The notes: generated from the sequence alone by a model not told the origin. DNA of 64,000 nucleotides from an uncultured Roseburia sp. (GCA_947089765.1 CAMULM010000001.1:139756-203755); one strand, 5' to 3'; positions 1-10,788 are shown, counted from the first letter of the stretch. Numbers and translations: made by a program.

Positions 1-1113
1 GAAAGCCCATACCGCAGTTACTTTGGGTTTAAGGATCAGGAAGACAGCGCGTGGCCGGATAATAAAAACTATGAAGGATGGTGGGGGCATGACACGCTTC
101 CGAAGTTAAACTTTGAGGGTTCGAAAGAGCTGTATGACGACATTTTGCGCATTGGCAAAAAATGGGTGTCAGAGCCATATTGCGTAGACGGATGGCGGCT
201 GGACGTAGCGGAGGATTTAGGGCACAGTAAAGAATTTAACCACCAGTTCTGGAGGGACTTTAGGAAAGCGGTAAAAGAAGCGAACCCAAATGCCATAATC
301 TTGGCGGAACACTATGGAGACCCGAAAGACTGGCTGATGGGCGATCAGTGGGATACAATTATGAACTATTCCGCTTTTATGGAGCCTTTGACATGGTTTT
401 TAACCGGAATGGAGAAGCATAGCGACGAATACCACCCAGAACGCATTGGCAAAATCAGTGATTTTGAAGGCGCGATGCGCCATTATATGGCAAGTTTTCT
501 GACGCCTTCCCTGCTTTGTTCCATGAACCAGTTGTCAAACCATGACCATTCGCGGTTTTTGACGAGGACAAACCATAAGGCGGGACGTGTGGAATATTTA
601 GGCGCGGGGGCGGCAAGCGAGGGCATAGAGTACAGCGCGATGCGGGAAGCGGTTGTGATGCAGATGACATGGCCGGGCGCGCCGACGCTTTATTATGGAG
701 ATGAAGCCGGATTATGTGGATTTACGGATCCAGACAACCGCAGGACATATCCGTGGGGGAATGAAAATCAGGATTTAATTGATTTGCATCGGGAATTAAT
801 CCGTATCCATAAAAATAACGAGGCATTGCGGACAGGCTCTTTTCAATTCTTAAATAGTGAAGACAAACTTTTATGTTATGCGAGATTTACGATTGACCAG
901 CAGTTTGTGATTCTGATTAACCATGATGACAGGGAAAGGGACTTAGAGGTTTTCACGGTAAAAGCTGGGATTCCAAGAACGGCAACGCTGTGTCAGGTTT
1001 TTGTGACTACGGAAAACGGATATTCCCTGATGCCGATCCGGCATCGTGTGGAAAAAGGCAGACTTTCGATTACAATGCAAAAAAAATCAGCGGTGATTTT
1101 AGAAAGAATATAG
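1..1113 (+). CDS. Glycoside hydrolase family 13 (neopullulanase/cyclomaltodextrinase-like alpha-amylase), C-terminal part; 5' end lies outside the window
   Basis: Frame 1 is open from position 1 (ESPYRSYFGFKDQEDSAWPDNKNYEGWWGHDTLPKLNFEG... then the provided ORF 145..1113). Motifs typical of GH13 region III/IV are present (GWRLDVAEDLGH, AIILAEHYGD, LSNHDHSRF). Family is named from recalled motifs, not a search. Confidence 0.8.
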   Translation, partial: ESPYRSYFGFKDQEDSAWPDNKNYEGWWGHDTLPKLNFEGSKELYDDILRIGKKWVSEPYCVDGWRLDVAEDLGHSKEFNHQFWRDFRKAVKEANPNAIILAEHYGDPKDWLMGDQWDTIMNYSAFMEPLTWFLTGMEKHSDEYHPERIGKISDFEGAMRHYMASFLTPSLLCSMNQLSNHDHSRFLTRTNHKAGRVEYLGAGAASEGIEYSAMREAVVMQMTWPGAPTLYYGDEAGLCGFTDPDNRRTYPWGNENQDLIDLHRELIRIHKNNEALRTGSFQFLNSEDKLLCYARFTIDQQFVILINHDDRERDLEVFTVKAGIPRTATLCQVFVTTENGYSLMPIRHRVEKGRLSITMQKKSAVILERI

Positions 1114-1197
1114 GCGGACGGTCTTTTCCGTCAGCGTTGGTTAGACGCGTGAATGGAAGATGAAAAAGGATTGTGGCATGTTTATAAAAAAAAGCGC

Positions 1198-1226
1198 TTG
1201 AAAAAGAAAAGCGTTTGTGATATAAT
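1198..1226 (+). promoter_or_regulatory. Candidate sigma-A promoter for the tRNA-Tyr/tRNA-Leu pair (TTGAAA -17- TGaTATAAT, extended -10)
   Basis: TTGAAA at 1198-1203, 17-nt spacer, TG at 1218-1219 and TATAAT at 1221-1226. The tRNA starts about 37 nt downstream. Confidence 0.4.
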
Positions 1227-1262
1227 AAATAAATGGTAGGGCATTTTTGGATGCTTTTCTAT

Positions 1263-1344
1263 GGGCAGATTCCCGAGTGGCCAAAGGGGACAGACTGTAA
1301 ATCTGCTGCAAATTGCTTCGGTGGTTCGAATCCACCTCTGCCCA
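1263..1344 (+). tRNA. tRNA-Tyr (anticodon GTA), type II with long variable arm
   Basis: The 7-bp acceptor stem gggcaga/tctgccc pairs cleanly and is followed by discriminator a. The anticodon loop ctGTAaa is present, with a long variable arm and the T-loop ggttcgaatcc. No encoded CCA. Confidence 0.9.
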
Positions 1345-1376
1345 TTTGAGATTTTTATTGTATCATTGTTTGATTT

Positions 1377-1460
1377 GCCCGCGTGGCGGAACTGGCAGAC
1401 GCGCAGGACTTAAAATCCTGTTGTAGCGATACAGTACCGGTTCGATTCCGGTCGCGGGCA
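1377..1460 (+). tRNA. tRNA-Leu (anticodon TAA), type II
   Basis: Acceptor stem gcccgcg/cgcgggc plus discriminator a. The anticodon loop ctTAAaa is present, with a long variable arm and the T-loop ggttcgattcc. Confidence 0.9.
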
Positions 1461-1473
1461 TTTTATATTTAGA

Positions 1474-1500
1474 AAGCGGCGTTTTTACGCCGCTTTTTTT
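1474..1500 (+). terminator. Rho-independent terminator after the tRNA pair
   Basis: aaagcggcg-ttttt-acgccgcttt hairpin followed by a T7 run. Confidence 0.75.
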
Positions 1501-1604
1501 GTTTTAAATTAATACAATTTTAGAAAAATGTTTTTTTCTTTGGAAGATTATGTTAAAATATATGACGCAAAATATGAAATATATTGTAGAGAAAGGAAAG
1601 AGAC

Positions 1605-4600
1605 ATGAAAAGAATGGTGGCAATGCTGCTTGCCGGATGTCTGGCATTTCAGACATGGATAGGCAATGCAAAACCGGTGTTTGGGGCGCAGACTGCATCT
1701 GGGTCAGTGGATTTTGGCGAAGCGCAGGCTGCATCTGAGTCAGTGGATTCAGGCAAAGCGCAGAGCGTTCTGGAAGTAGGGGTGCGTTCTTCCGCTCAAT
1801 TCCCATTTCAGGGTGACGTAACCGTACAAATCGGACGTGGCAGCGAAGTAGTGGAATCAAAGGATTTAAAATTTGAGGGTTCTAAGGCTTCCTTTGCAGC
1901 GGCAAGGTTTGAAGTGTCAGAAGGAGATTACACAGTTACTGTGAAGTCAGCCCAATTTGCGGACTATACGCAGGATGTGAAAGCGCAAAATGGCTGGAAA
2001 ACCAAGATTTTAATTTCTCCATCAAGAATTGAGACGGGCAATGAAGCGGCTCCGGGCTGGATTCGGGTCGGCGACGTCAATCAAGATGGAGTAATTGACC
2101 AAACGGACATTGACGGCATGATGTCGAAAATCCGTGAAGGCTCTATGGAAGCTGCCTTTGATCTCAATCAAGATGGGAAAGTGGATATGGCAGATTTGCA
2201 GTATATTGTGCAAAGCATAGATGAACATAGGGAGTCCACAGTGGAGAAGCTTGGCATAGTCCAAACGATCCAGCAGGCTGAGGGCGCAACTATGGAAGGA
2301 AACGTCAACGACTTTTTAAATGGAACAGGCGCGCTGAAATTAAAGCCTGAAAATGCAAATGCGCAGATTTCAGCGGAAAATCCTGTTGGGATTAACTTTA
2401 CATTAGTGGAAGATACAAAAAAAGCGGTAGAGATTCAAGGAATTGTCGTTCATGCTCCGGTAACAGATGAACAGGGCGGCATTTCCAATGAAATAACGGA
2501 AGGGGAAGTGATTTATACAGACGCGGAAGGAAAAGAAACGTCGGTTCCGTTTTCTGCCGCCGCAAAGCCAAAGCAAAAAAAGAACAGGGCGCTATTTGCT
2601 GCAAATGCGTCAAACCGCGCAGCGACTATTTCGGCAGACATTGAGGCTGACGGTTCGCTGGTGTTAGATTTTGGAGGCCAGATTGCAGTAAAGCGGGTAA
2701 CGATTAAAATTACCGGCACGAAAAAGACGGAGCCTTTGGTGAATATTGCAAAGGTTGATTTTGTCAACGATATGGAAAAAAGGATACCGGCGCCGCAGAT
2801 GGACATTCCGACGCTTGGAGTTCCACAATCCGTAGATAAAGGATTGATTGTATCTTGGAACCCGCAGAAAAATGTGACGGGGTATGAGGTATATATTTCA
2901 GGTCCTGTGAAAAACCAAGAAGAACATGAAACACAGATTGTGCGCGTATCTAATATTACGCATACAATATCATCTATAAATGACAAACCGCTTTTAAACT
3001 TTGAAAAATATACAATAAAAGCGCGTTCTGTCAATGGAGACTGGAGCAGTCCATGGTCAAACGAAGTAATCGGAGAGCCGAAGCCGACGAAACTTCCGGC
3101 GGCGCCTGATAATGTATCTGCGACAGGCGGGTACCGGACGATAGAAGTGTCATGGAAAGACATGGACGACGCAAACGGATACATGGTTTATTATAAAAAG
3201 ACAAAAGATGCGGATACAGAGTACCGTCCGGTGATCGAAGGATTTACACAGGTAAAAGAAGGAACCGGAAAATTAAACGCAACGCATTATGTCATTGCAG
3301 GCTTAGAGGACGAAGTGGAATATTCCGTCTATGTCGTAGGCTGGAATGACCTTGGCTGGGGCAGCCCGTCACTGTCAGCATCCGCGCTTACGAAGTTAAA
3401 TGTCCCGCCACAGCTTCCGAATTATAAACTGTTGAATACTTCAAATGGAGAAGGGGCAGTCAGCGCCCATATCACAGCAGCGTCATATGGCGGGCATGGC
3501 GGCGCAAAGATGGTAGGCAGCGCGTTAGATACAGCGGAAAAAAGCGCGCTTGGCTTAGTGGATAATAACTATGGATCTTATTGGGAAAAAACAGACTGGG
3601 ACGATGGCGTGGCTTATCCGGCAGACAATAAGGGATTTACAGTGACGCTGGATCAAGATTACAAGATGAATTTTATCACATTTGCATCCGCGGACGAAAA
3701 AGCAGCGCTTCAATATGCGCGGATTGGGTATTGGAATACAGCGTCTACAGGAAAACAGAACGTGGGCGCGCGTCTGTATAGAAAACTTGACTCAAGGAAC
3801 AATCCATACTATATTATTAAGCTTGATCAGGCAATCACTGCAAATAAAGTAAATATTTGTCTGGGACGTGACAGTGTTAGGGCATCTATGATGGTAGGTG
3901 AAATCCATTTCCATTATTATGATTCGCTGGAAGATGACATTATGGGCTTATATACAGACGAAATGCACGCTACACTGCGGGCAGACGTAACGGAAAGCGT
4001 CATTCAGGCATTAGAAGCCCGTTTAGAGCTTGTAGACGAGGCAAGCGGTGAAAAACATCCGCTTTACAATGAACTGACTTTAGAATTAAAGACAGCAAGA
4101 GAGATTTTAAATTCAAATCTGGCTTGCGCTTATGAAGTGGAAAACCAGATTACGGGAAGCAAAGACGGGCATCTTGGATTTGGCGGTTTAAATTCATGGC
4201 AGCCGGTTGGGAAAACAGTATATGCCGGTGAAAGTCTGCTTGTTTATGTCGGGCATAATACAAAGAGAACCGGAGATAAAGCAAGCCTGCAACTTGTGTT
4301 TACGCAACAGCACGCAGAAGCGGCAACGCTTTCAAAAGCAGTCAGCTTAAAAGTGGGAAGAAATGAAATTACAGTTCCCCAGATTGTCAGCAAAGAATTT
4401 GAACGCGGCGGACAGTTATATGTAGCATATACTGGAAACAATGCAAACGATAAGTATGCAGTCCGTATAAGCGGCGGAAGCGATATTCCGGTCTTAAGCG
4501 TGTATGGAAAAACACAAGAACAACGCATGGCGGCGATTTCCGCTTATGTAAAAGAGCTTGAGCAATATGTCGGAACGATTGAAGCGGGACATGCGGCAAA

Positions 4601-6836
4601 ACATACAGGGACAAAAAATGTAGATTATCCGTATGACCAGCAAAACTGTATTTTAAATACAACAGATATTATGATGAGGGAAATGATGTATTCCGTACCT
4701 GCAACTCAGGTTTGGGCAGGCATCAAAAACGCAGAAGATAAAGCGGTAAAACTTGACCTTGCCTTAAAAGCAATGGAAAAAACAATGACGCTGTTTTACC
4801 AGCATAAAGGATTAAGTGATAACGCGGGAACCGTAAGAGGAAATAACGCATGGCCGGCGCAGCACTTGAATATCCGTTATATGAGAATGTTTGCCGGAGC
4901 GTTTATGTATGCGTCAGGCAACCACATTGGCGTAGAATGGGGTTCCACATTATTAGCAAGCGCGCCAAACGACTGGTCAGGATTTGGCTGGGGCGTAGCG
5001 CATGAAATTGGGCATGACATCAATCAGGGCGCATATGCGGTTGCGGAAATCACAAACAATTACTTTGCGCAGCTATTGACAAAAGTTCCCGGAAAGACAA
5101 GATTCACATACAAAAATGTCTACGACAAAGTAACGTCAAATACAATCGGACGCTCTCCGAATGTAGCGACGCAGCTTGCATTGTACTGGCAGCTCCATAT
5201 TGCATATGACAATAATAAGGACGACAGACATATTTACGACAACTATGAAGATCAGTTCAATAACCTGTTCTTTGCAAGAGTGGACACTTATTCAAGGAAT
5301 CCAAAAATGGCTCCGCAGGAAGGATTAACGTTAGACGGAGGTTCAGAACAGAACATTATGCGTCTTGCATGCGCGGCGGCAAATAAAAATATTCTTCCTT
5401 TCTTTGTGCGCTGGGGTATGCAGCCAGATGAGAAAACAACTGCATATGCGGCAAAATATGGAGAGGCGGAAACGAAAGCGCTCTATTATGTCAATGACGA
5501 TGCAAGAGATTACCGCGTGGATCATCCAAATGAGGAAGGGACAATAAAAGATCAGGATGCCGTTACTGTAGCTACAGTAAATGCAGCCGGAAATCAGGCG
5601 GAAATCACGATTGCGACAGATCGCAGCGCAGAGCTTATGCTTGGCTATGAAATCAGCCGCAGTATGATTTCAAACGGTAAAAAATCCACTCAGGTGATTG
5701 GGTTTGCGCCGATTGACACAGCGGACTCTACCGTTTTTGTAGACTCCATTTCATCAATTAACAATCGGGTAATGGAATATGAAGTGCGCGCAGTGGATAA
5801 ATACTTGAACTATTCCAATGTAAAAACGGCTGGTTCTGTAAAGATTCAGACAGACGGCGTATTGAATAAATCCGAATGGACAGCAGAGACGACAATGACT
5901 TCGGCTGACGATACTGTAATCGAGCCGGACGGAGAAGATCCGGACAGCGGATATGAAGCGGAAGATCCGGCAGGCGTAGAAGCGAAAAAGGTCAACAGCA
6001 TTACAAGGATTTTAGACAATGACAGGACAGCGGCTGGAACTTATAACGGAGTAAGCGGCGGCGCCGCGTCAATTACCATAGATATGCGTAAGACAGAAGA
6101 AGTGACGGCATTAAAATATCAGGGTTCTGCAGTTGCTTCGGCGGCAGTTGAAGTCAGCCCAGATGGTGAGAATTGGACAAAAGTGAAAGAGAACGTTTCT
6201 CTTGCCGCAAATGCAGAGCAGACGGTATGGTTTGATTCCGTCAATGAAGAAGACCGCAAGAACTGGATTGGCACTTACGATGCGAAATATGTAAGGCTGA
6301 CGCTGTCGCAGGCAGGCAGTATTTCCATTCAGGAAATCGAAATCTGCGGCCCGACAGGGGATAATTTGGAATTTATGGCAACGGAAGAAGGCCAGCCGGC
6401 AATCGGCGTATTGAAGGAAGACTTTACATATGGCGAAGAAGCGGCGGACGTAATTCCGGCAGGCTCATTAATCTTTACCGGGACATATAAAGGAAATCCG
6501 GCATATAATATAGTTGCGCTCTATGATGCAAATGGCAATGTAATCGGGGAAAAAGATGGAAATGTCTCTGCGGAACAAATAATTTTGGCGGACGTTCCGG
6601 AACAAGGAAATCTGGGTGAAACCTCAGACGGAACTTGGGTATATTATGTAAGGCCGGATCAGTGGAATTTAGAAGCGATAAGGAACACAGGCTTCGTGCG
6701 TGGAGAATTATACCGTGTAGACAATGCCCTGACGTTAGAGGGCGAGCGTATTGTCAGTGATACAAAACTGCTTGAGATTCCTCAGGAATTGCCGGATATT
6801 ACGCTTCAAGGAGGTAAGTATGAAAAATTGGATTAA
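1605..6836 (+). CDS. Secreted multidomain M60-like (enhancin-type) zinc metallopeptidase with N-proximal type-I dockerin, FN3 repeats and a discoidin (F5/8-C)-like region
   Basis: Signal peptide MKRMVAMLLAGCLAFQ. Two calcium-binding dockerin loops (DVNQDGVIDQTDI, DLNQDGKVDMADL) at about 2050-2225. HEIGH zinc motif within GWGVAHEIGHDINQ at about 5001-5015. FN3-like blocks end in the GYEVYIS / GYMVYYK pattern. GGAGG RBS. Confidence 0.8.
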   Translation: MKRMVAMLLAGCLAFQTWIGNAKPVFGAQTASGSVDFGEAQAASESVDSGKAQSVLEVGVRSSAQFPFQGDVTVQIGRGSEVVESKDLKFEGSKASFAAARFEVSEGDYTVTVKSAQFADYTQDVKAQNGWKTKILISPSRIETGNEAAPGWIRVGDVNQDGVIDQTDIDGMMSKIREGSMEAAFDLNQDGKVDMADLQYIVQSIDEHRESTVEKLGIVQTIQQAEGATMEGNVNDFLNGTGALKLKPENANAQISAENPVGINFTLVEDTKKAVEIQGIVVHAPVTDEQGGISNEITEGEVIYTDAEGKETSVPFSAAAKPKQKKNRALFAANASNRAATISADIEADGSLVLDFGGQIAVKRVTIKITGTKKTEPLVNIAKVDFVNDMEKRIPAPQMDIPTLGVPQSVDKGLIVSWNPQKNVTGYEVYISGPVKNQEEHETQIVRVSNITHTISSINDKPLLNFEKYTIKARSVNGDWSSPWSNEVIGEPKPTKLPAAPDNVSATGGYRTIEVSWKDMDDANGYMVYYKKTKDADTEYRPVIEGFTQVKEGTGKLNATHYVIAGLEDEVEYSVYVVGWNDLGWGSPSLSASALTKLNVPPQLPNYKLLNTSNGEGAVSAHITAASYGGHGGAKMVGSALDTAEKSALGLVDNNYGSYWEKTDWDDGVAYPADNKGFTVTLDQDYKMNFITFASADEKAALQYARIGYWNTASTGKQNVGARLYRKLDSRNNPYYIIKLDQAITANKVNICLGRDSVRASMMVGEIHFHYYDSLEDDIMGLYTDEMHATLRADVTESVIQALEARLELVDEASGEKHPLYNELTLELKTAREILNSNLACAYEVENQITGSKDGHLGFGGLNSWQPVGKTVYAGESLLVYVGHNTKRTGDKASLQLVFTQQHAEAATLSKAVSLKVGRNEITVPQIVSKEFERGGQLYVAYTGNNANDKYAVRISGGSDIPVLSVYGKTQEQRMAAISAYVKELEQYVGTIEAGHAAKHTGTKNVDYPYDQQNCILNTTDIMMREMMYSVPATQVWAGIKNAEDKAVKLDLALKAMEKTMTLFYQHKGLSDNAGTVRGNNAWPAQHLNIRYMRMFAGAFMYASGNHIGVEWGSTLLASAPNDWSGFGWGVAHEIGHDINQGAYAVAEITNNYFAQLLTKVPGKTRFTYKNVYDKVTSNTIGRSPNVATQLALYWQLHIAYDNNKDDRHIYDNYEDQFNNLFFARVDTYSRNPKMAPQEGLTLDGGSEQNIMRLACAAANKNILPFFVRWGMQPDEKTTAYAAKYGEAETKALYYVNDDARDYRVDHPNEEGTIKDQDAVTVATVNAAGNQAEITIATDRSAELMLGYEISRSMISNGKKSTQVIGFAPIDTADSTVFVDSISSINNRVMEYEVRAVDKYLNYSNVKTAGSVKIQTDGVLNKSEWTAETTMTSADDTVIEPDGEDPDSGYEAEDPAGVEAKKVNSITRILDNDRTAAGTYNGVSGGAASITIDMRKTEEVTALKYQGSAVASAAVEVSPDGENWTKVKENVSLAANAEQTVWFDSVNEEDRKNWIGTYDAKYVRLTLSQAGSISIQEIEICGPTGDNLEFMATEEGQPAIGVLKEDFTYGEEAADVIPAGSLIFTGTYKGNPAYNIVALYDANGNVIGEKDGNVSAEQIILADVPEQGNLGETSDGTWVYYVRPDQWNLEAIRNTGFVRGELYRVDNALTLEGERIVSDTKLLEIPQELPDITLQGGKYEKLD

Positions 6837-7986
6837 ATGTATGTTATTGACAATGTTTCTTATTGTTGCGGCGCCTTTAGACGCCGCAGCGGCAAGCGAC
6901 AGCCAAATGCTTACAGTAGATAAAAATGACGTTATCCTGACCGTAAACCTTCCAGAAGGAAAAACAGATAAGATTACGTCACTCCGTATAAAACTCCATG
7001 TTTCGGTTCTTTCAGGAACGATGGAACAGCCATCATTTCAGTTTGAGGAATCATTGAACAGCCGGATTAAAGATTCTCAGATCCGGCAGTTAGAGGACGG
7101 AAGCTACCTTGTGGATTTAATTCTTTCAGGAAAGGAAGATCAGGATATTTTTTCTGGAAATGAATCTGTGAAAACAGGAAAATTATCCCTACACCCTTCC
7201 AGTCAGGAATATCAGGCAAAAGTGGAGTTTGCATCCGGAACCGAAGGCAGTAATGAGCCGGTAATTAGATATGTAGATGCAAGCGGTTTGAATGAAATGT
7301 CACTTCTTTTGGACAGCCCGCAAAGCGTTTTCGTAAAAAATGAGACGGCAGAGCCGCCAGCGGAACAGCCGCCTGCCGGTGATCCGTCGGATCAGACGCC
7401 TGTGGAGGAGGCTTTTGGCAAAAAGCCGAAACTGAAAGCGTCACCTGTGAAAGGTTCAAACAGCATTGTGTTTGAATGGAAGAAAGTCGCGGATGCAGAT
7501 GGCTATGAAATTTACCAATACAATGCAAAATCAAAAACTTATAAGAGACTGAAAAAAATCAACAATCCTTCCGTTACGGCATATTCCAAAAAATTTAAGT
7601 ATGCCGCGTCTTATACGTTTAAGTTTCGGGCGTATAAGAACAAAGAGGACGGCTCTAAGTCATATGGGAAATACAGCTCGGCTGTAAAGGTCACAACGTC
7701 GCCAAAAAAGGTAACGAAAGTTACTTTAAAAAATACAGAGGCGAAGAAGTCGACCATTTCATGGAAAAAAGTATCGAATGCAAAAGGATACCAGATTTAC
7801 CGGAGTAAGAAAAAAGGCGGAACCTATAAACTGCTTAAAACAATCAAAAAGGGAAAAACGACAAAGTGGGCAGTAAACAAGCCGAAAAAAGGCGGGGTAT
7901 ACTATTACAAAGTCAGGGCTTATGTAAAGAATGCGAAGGGAAAACGCATTGACGGTAAGTTCAGTTCCGTAATATCTTTAAAATAG
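6821..7986 (+). CDS. Secreted Lys-rich protein with two C-terminal FN3-like repeats
   Basis: GGAGG RBS immediately before the ATG at 6821 (MKNWIKCMLLTMFLIVAAPLDAAAA signal peptide). The upstream in-frame ATG at 6751 overlaps the preceding gene and has no RBS. C-terminal repeats GYEIYQYN...YTFKFRAY and GYQIYRSK...YYYKVRAY. Confidence 0.6.
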
Positions 7987-8002
7987 TTTTTCGCATAATA
8001 AG

Positions 8003-8037
8003 GAGGCAGTGTTTCGTAAGGGACGCTGCCTTTTTTG
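8003..8037 (+). terminator. Hairpin plus T6 terminator after the FN3 protein
   Basis: ggcagtg...cgctgcc followed by tttttt. Confidence 0.5.
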
Positions 8038-8219
8038 TCTGCATTGAATTTTTCGTTAAATTGACGTATAGTAAAATTGGCAATAAAAAAATATTGTATA
8101 ATTTACATAAAAGTATTATAATGAGGTTATTGGTAAACTTAAGATAATAGAATGATTGCGTTCTATTAGTGAAAGGTATGCCATCAGATTGGATTCTAAA
8201 AAGTGAAAGGGGAAGAGGA

Positions 8220-9926
8220 ATGTTAAAATTCAACAATGAAAGAATCGAAAAAAGACTTACGAAATCATTTGTTATGGTTTCAGCGATTTCGGCAATCGCG
8301 GCAATCGTAGGACTGATCGCAATGTTGGTTCTTGCAAGCAGATATTCTTATGCGTTAAAGAATTATGGATTTGCGCAAGGAGATATCGGACAGGCGTTGT
8401 TTGCATTTGCAGATACAAGGTCTTCACTGCGCGCAGCGATTGGCTATGACGATGCGGATGCAATCCAAAACGTAGTAGAGCAGCATAAAGAAATGAAAGC
8501 AACGTTTGAAGAATACTTTGCTAAAGTAGAAGACACTATCGTATCGAAAGACGGCAGGGAGACTTATGATGAAATTGTTTCGGAATTGGATGCTTACTGG
8601 GAGATGGATACACAGATTTTAGAGCTTGGAGCGACGACAGACAGGGAACTTTGTAAACAGGCTCAGGACATTGCGTTAAATGAGTTGGCGGGAAAATACA
8701 ACAGTATTTATGAAAAATTAGAAGGGCTGTTAACTGTAAAGATAAATGAAGGAAACAGCCTTTCTACGACCCTTCGTATATTGTCTATTGTATTAGCGGC
8801 TTTTATAATTGTAGTGATTGTGTCGGCTATGCTGGTTTCAACAAAGATGGGCAAGGGAATTGCAAAGGGAATTGCAAAACCATTGGCTGATCTGGGCCAA
8901 CGCTTAAAAGCTCTCGGCGGTGGAGATTTTTCATCTCCGTTTCCGGAAGTTGAAGCGGACGATGAAGTTGCGGACATGGTTCAGGATGCAAGGGATATGT
9001 CAGATAAGTTGAATGCGATTATTGATGATCTAGGCCTTCTTTTGGGTGAAATGTCGACAGGGAATTATGCAGTCAGGACTGCAATACCGGAACAGTACAC
9101 CGGGGAGTTTGCAAAGATGCTTCAGGCTATGCGGGATTTAAGAAATCAAATGACGGCTACGCTCCGTTCCATCGGGGAAGCATCTAATCAGGTTTCCGCA
9201 GGCTCCGGAAATTTAGCAGAGTCGGCGCAGGGACTTGCAGAAGGCGCAGTAGAGCAGGCAGGCGCAGTTCAGGAGCTTCAGGCGACGATTATCAGCATTA
9301 CGGAAGCAATGCAAAGAAGCGCGGAAGATGCAGGGGATTCCTATACCCAGACACAAAAGTGCGCAGAAGAAGCGGATAACAGCCGGGAAGGCATGAACAC
9401 AGTTGTAGAAGCAATGAAGAAAATTGACGACACGTCCACGAAAATCGGAAATATTATTTCGGAAATTGAATCAATCGCTTCCCAGACCAATCTTCTGTCA
9501 TTGAATGCATCCATTGAAGCGGCAAGAGCAGGCGAAGCAGGCCGCGGCTTTGCAGTTGTGGCGGATCAGATCCGTCAGCTTGCAGAGCAGAGCGCAAAAG
9601 CGGCAGTGGATACAAGAGAGCTGATTGAAGGCTCCCTTCAGGAAATTGAGGGTGGAAACCGCGCGGTGGAAAGCGCATCTAGCTCGATTGGAATTGTTGT
9701 AGACGGGATCAAGCAGATTGCAGACGTTTCTAAGCAGTTAAGCATTATGATCGGAGATCAGAGTGAGACGATGCGTCAGGCTGAGCAGGGCGTTTCCCAG
9801 ATTTCGGACGTTGTGCAGAATAACTCAGCGGCGGCTCAGGAGACGTCAGCGACCAGTGAGGAATTATCGGCTCAGGCGACGACGCTCGACGATTTAGTAG
9901 GCCAGTTCACTTTTTTAGATGAATAA
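8220..9926 (+). CDS. Methyl-accepting chemotaxis protein (2-TM, HAMP, MCP signalling domain)
   Basis: Highly conserved MCP signalling core ([36 protein letters not shown]) and C-terminal [18 protein letters not shown]. Start 8220 preferred over 8169 because of the aaaggggaagagga RBS. Confidence 0.85.
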   Translation: MLKFNNERIEKRLTKSFVMVSAISAIAAIVGLIAMLVLASRYSYALKNYGFAQGDIGQALFAFADTRSSLRAAIGYDDADAIQNVVEQHKEMKATFEEYFAKVEDTIVSKDGRETYDEIVSELDAYWEMDTQILELGATTDRELCKQAQDIALNELAGKYNSIYEKLEGLLTVKINEGNSLSTTLRILSIVLAAFIIVVIVSAMLVSTKMGKGIAKGIAKPLADLGQRLKALGGGDFSSPFPEVEADDEVADMVQDARDMSDKLNAIIDDLGLLLGEMSTGNYAVRTAIPEQYTGEFAKMLQAMRDLRNQMTATLRSIGEASNQVSAGSGNLAESAQGLAEGAVEQAGAVQELQATIISITEAMQRSAEDAGDSYTQTQKCAEEADNSREGMNTVVEAMKKIDDTSTKIGNIISEIESIASQTNLLSLNASIEAARAGEAGRGFAVVADQIRQLAEQSAKAAVDTRELIEGSLQEIEGGNRAVESASSSIGIVVDGIKQIADVSKQLSIMIGDQSETMRQAEQGVSQISDVVQNNSAAAQETSATSEELSAQATTLDDLVGQFTFLDE

Positions 9927-9984
9927 CCAATGAAACAAACAATGCGTACATAGAGTTCCTGTTTCAAGAAATGAGTGAAGGAAA

Positions 9985-10026
9985 AACGCTGTTCATACTT
10001 TTTTGGCTATGGACAGCGTTTTTTGA
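9985..10026 (+). terminator. Terminator after MCP gene
   Basis: 11-bp stem cgctgttcata/tatggacagcg (one mismatch) followed by tttttt. Confidence 0.55.
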
Positions 10027-10065
10027 CGAATCTTTTATAAATGAGAGGCTGTAAGGAGCTGGGAT

Positions 10066-10785
10066 ATGGATAAATTGAAAAATTGGTTTAGGAAGATAAA
10101 GTTAGATACAGATAAGAAAAATAGCAGTGCAGGTGATCAGATGAAGAAATTATTGCTGGCGGCAGTATTAGTTTTAATTTGCGTTTTTTCAATAAGAAGC
10201 TGCGCAGTAAAAGATTATGAGAACAAGGAATTGCAAAATAAGCTGGAAGAAATGGAACGTAAGCGGGTAGCGGTAGATTTGATTCAGGAAGAAGTAAAAA
10301 AGATTTCAGAATATAGCGCATATGAGATTAATTATACGACGATGTTGCATTTTTCTGACCAAAATGAAATCAAGGGATTTAAAATCCCGCTGACCGGAAA
10401 TAATTTCATTGCAACGATTGACGGAAAAATGAAAATTGGAATTAATGGGGAAAATGTTTCGTTTAAGGAAATAACGGATTCGGAAGGGAAAGTGACAAAG
10501 ATAGAACTGACGGTTCCGCATTCGGAGATTCTGGATAACTATACAATACAGGATTCTTTAGAAGTCTATGATGAGAAAAATAATATTTTTAATCCGGTAA
10601 AAGTATCGGATTATACGAAATTGATCGTTGAGGCAGAGGAGAAAGAGAAGAAAAAAGCGTTGGAAAGCGATATTATAGAAAAATCAGATGAAGCGGCGCA
10701 TTATTTGCTGACAACTTATTTTCAGGCGGTATATGGGCAAGAGACAGAAGTAAGGTATCAGTATCTTGAGGAGAAAGAGGAATAA
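10066..10785 (+). CDS. Hypothetical membrane-anchored protein (N-terminal TM, extracytoplasmic domain, acidic coiled-coil tail)
   Basis: AAGGAG RBS 8 nt before the ATG. Hydrophobic segment LLLAAVLVLICVF. No recognisable family. Confidence 0.55.
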   Translation: MDKLKNWFRKIKLDTDKKNSSAGDQMKKLLLAAVLVLICVFSIRSCAVKDYENKELQNKLEEMERKRVAVDLIQEEVKKISEYSAYEINYTTMLHFSDQNEIKGFKIPLTGNNFIATIDGKMKIGINGENVSFKEITDSEGKVTKIELTVPHSEILDNYTIQDSLEVYDEKNNIFNPVKVSDYTKLIVEAEEKEKKKALESDIIEKSDEAAHYLLTTYFQAVYGQETEVRYQYLEEKEE

Positions 10786-10788
10786 GAA

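Noticed and set aside
8169-8219. Upstream in-frame ATG starts (8169 for the MCP; likewise 6751, 21497, 46091, 57659, 60651 and 61507 for their genes)
   Set aside because: Each alternative lacks a Shine-Dalgarno sequence, overlaps the previous gene or a promoter or hairpin, or places the real GGAGG RBS inside the coding sequence. Downstream starts with canonical RBS spacing were preferred.
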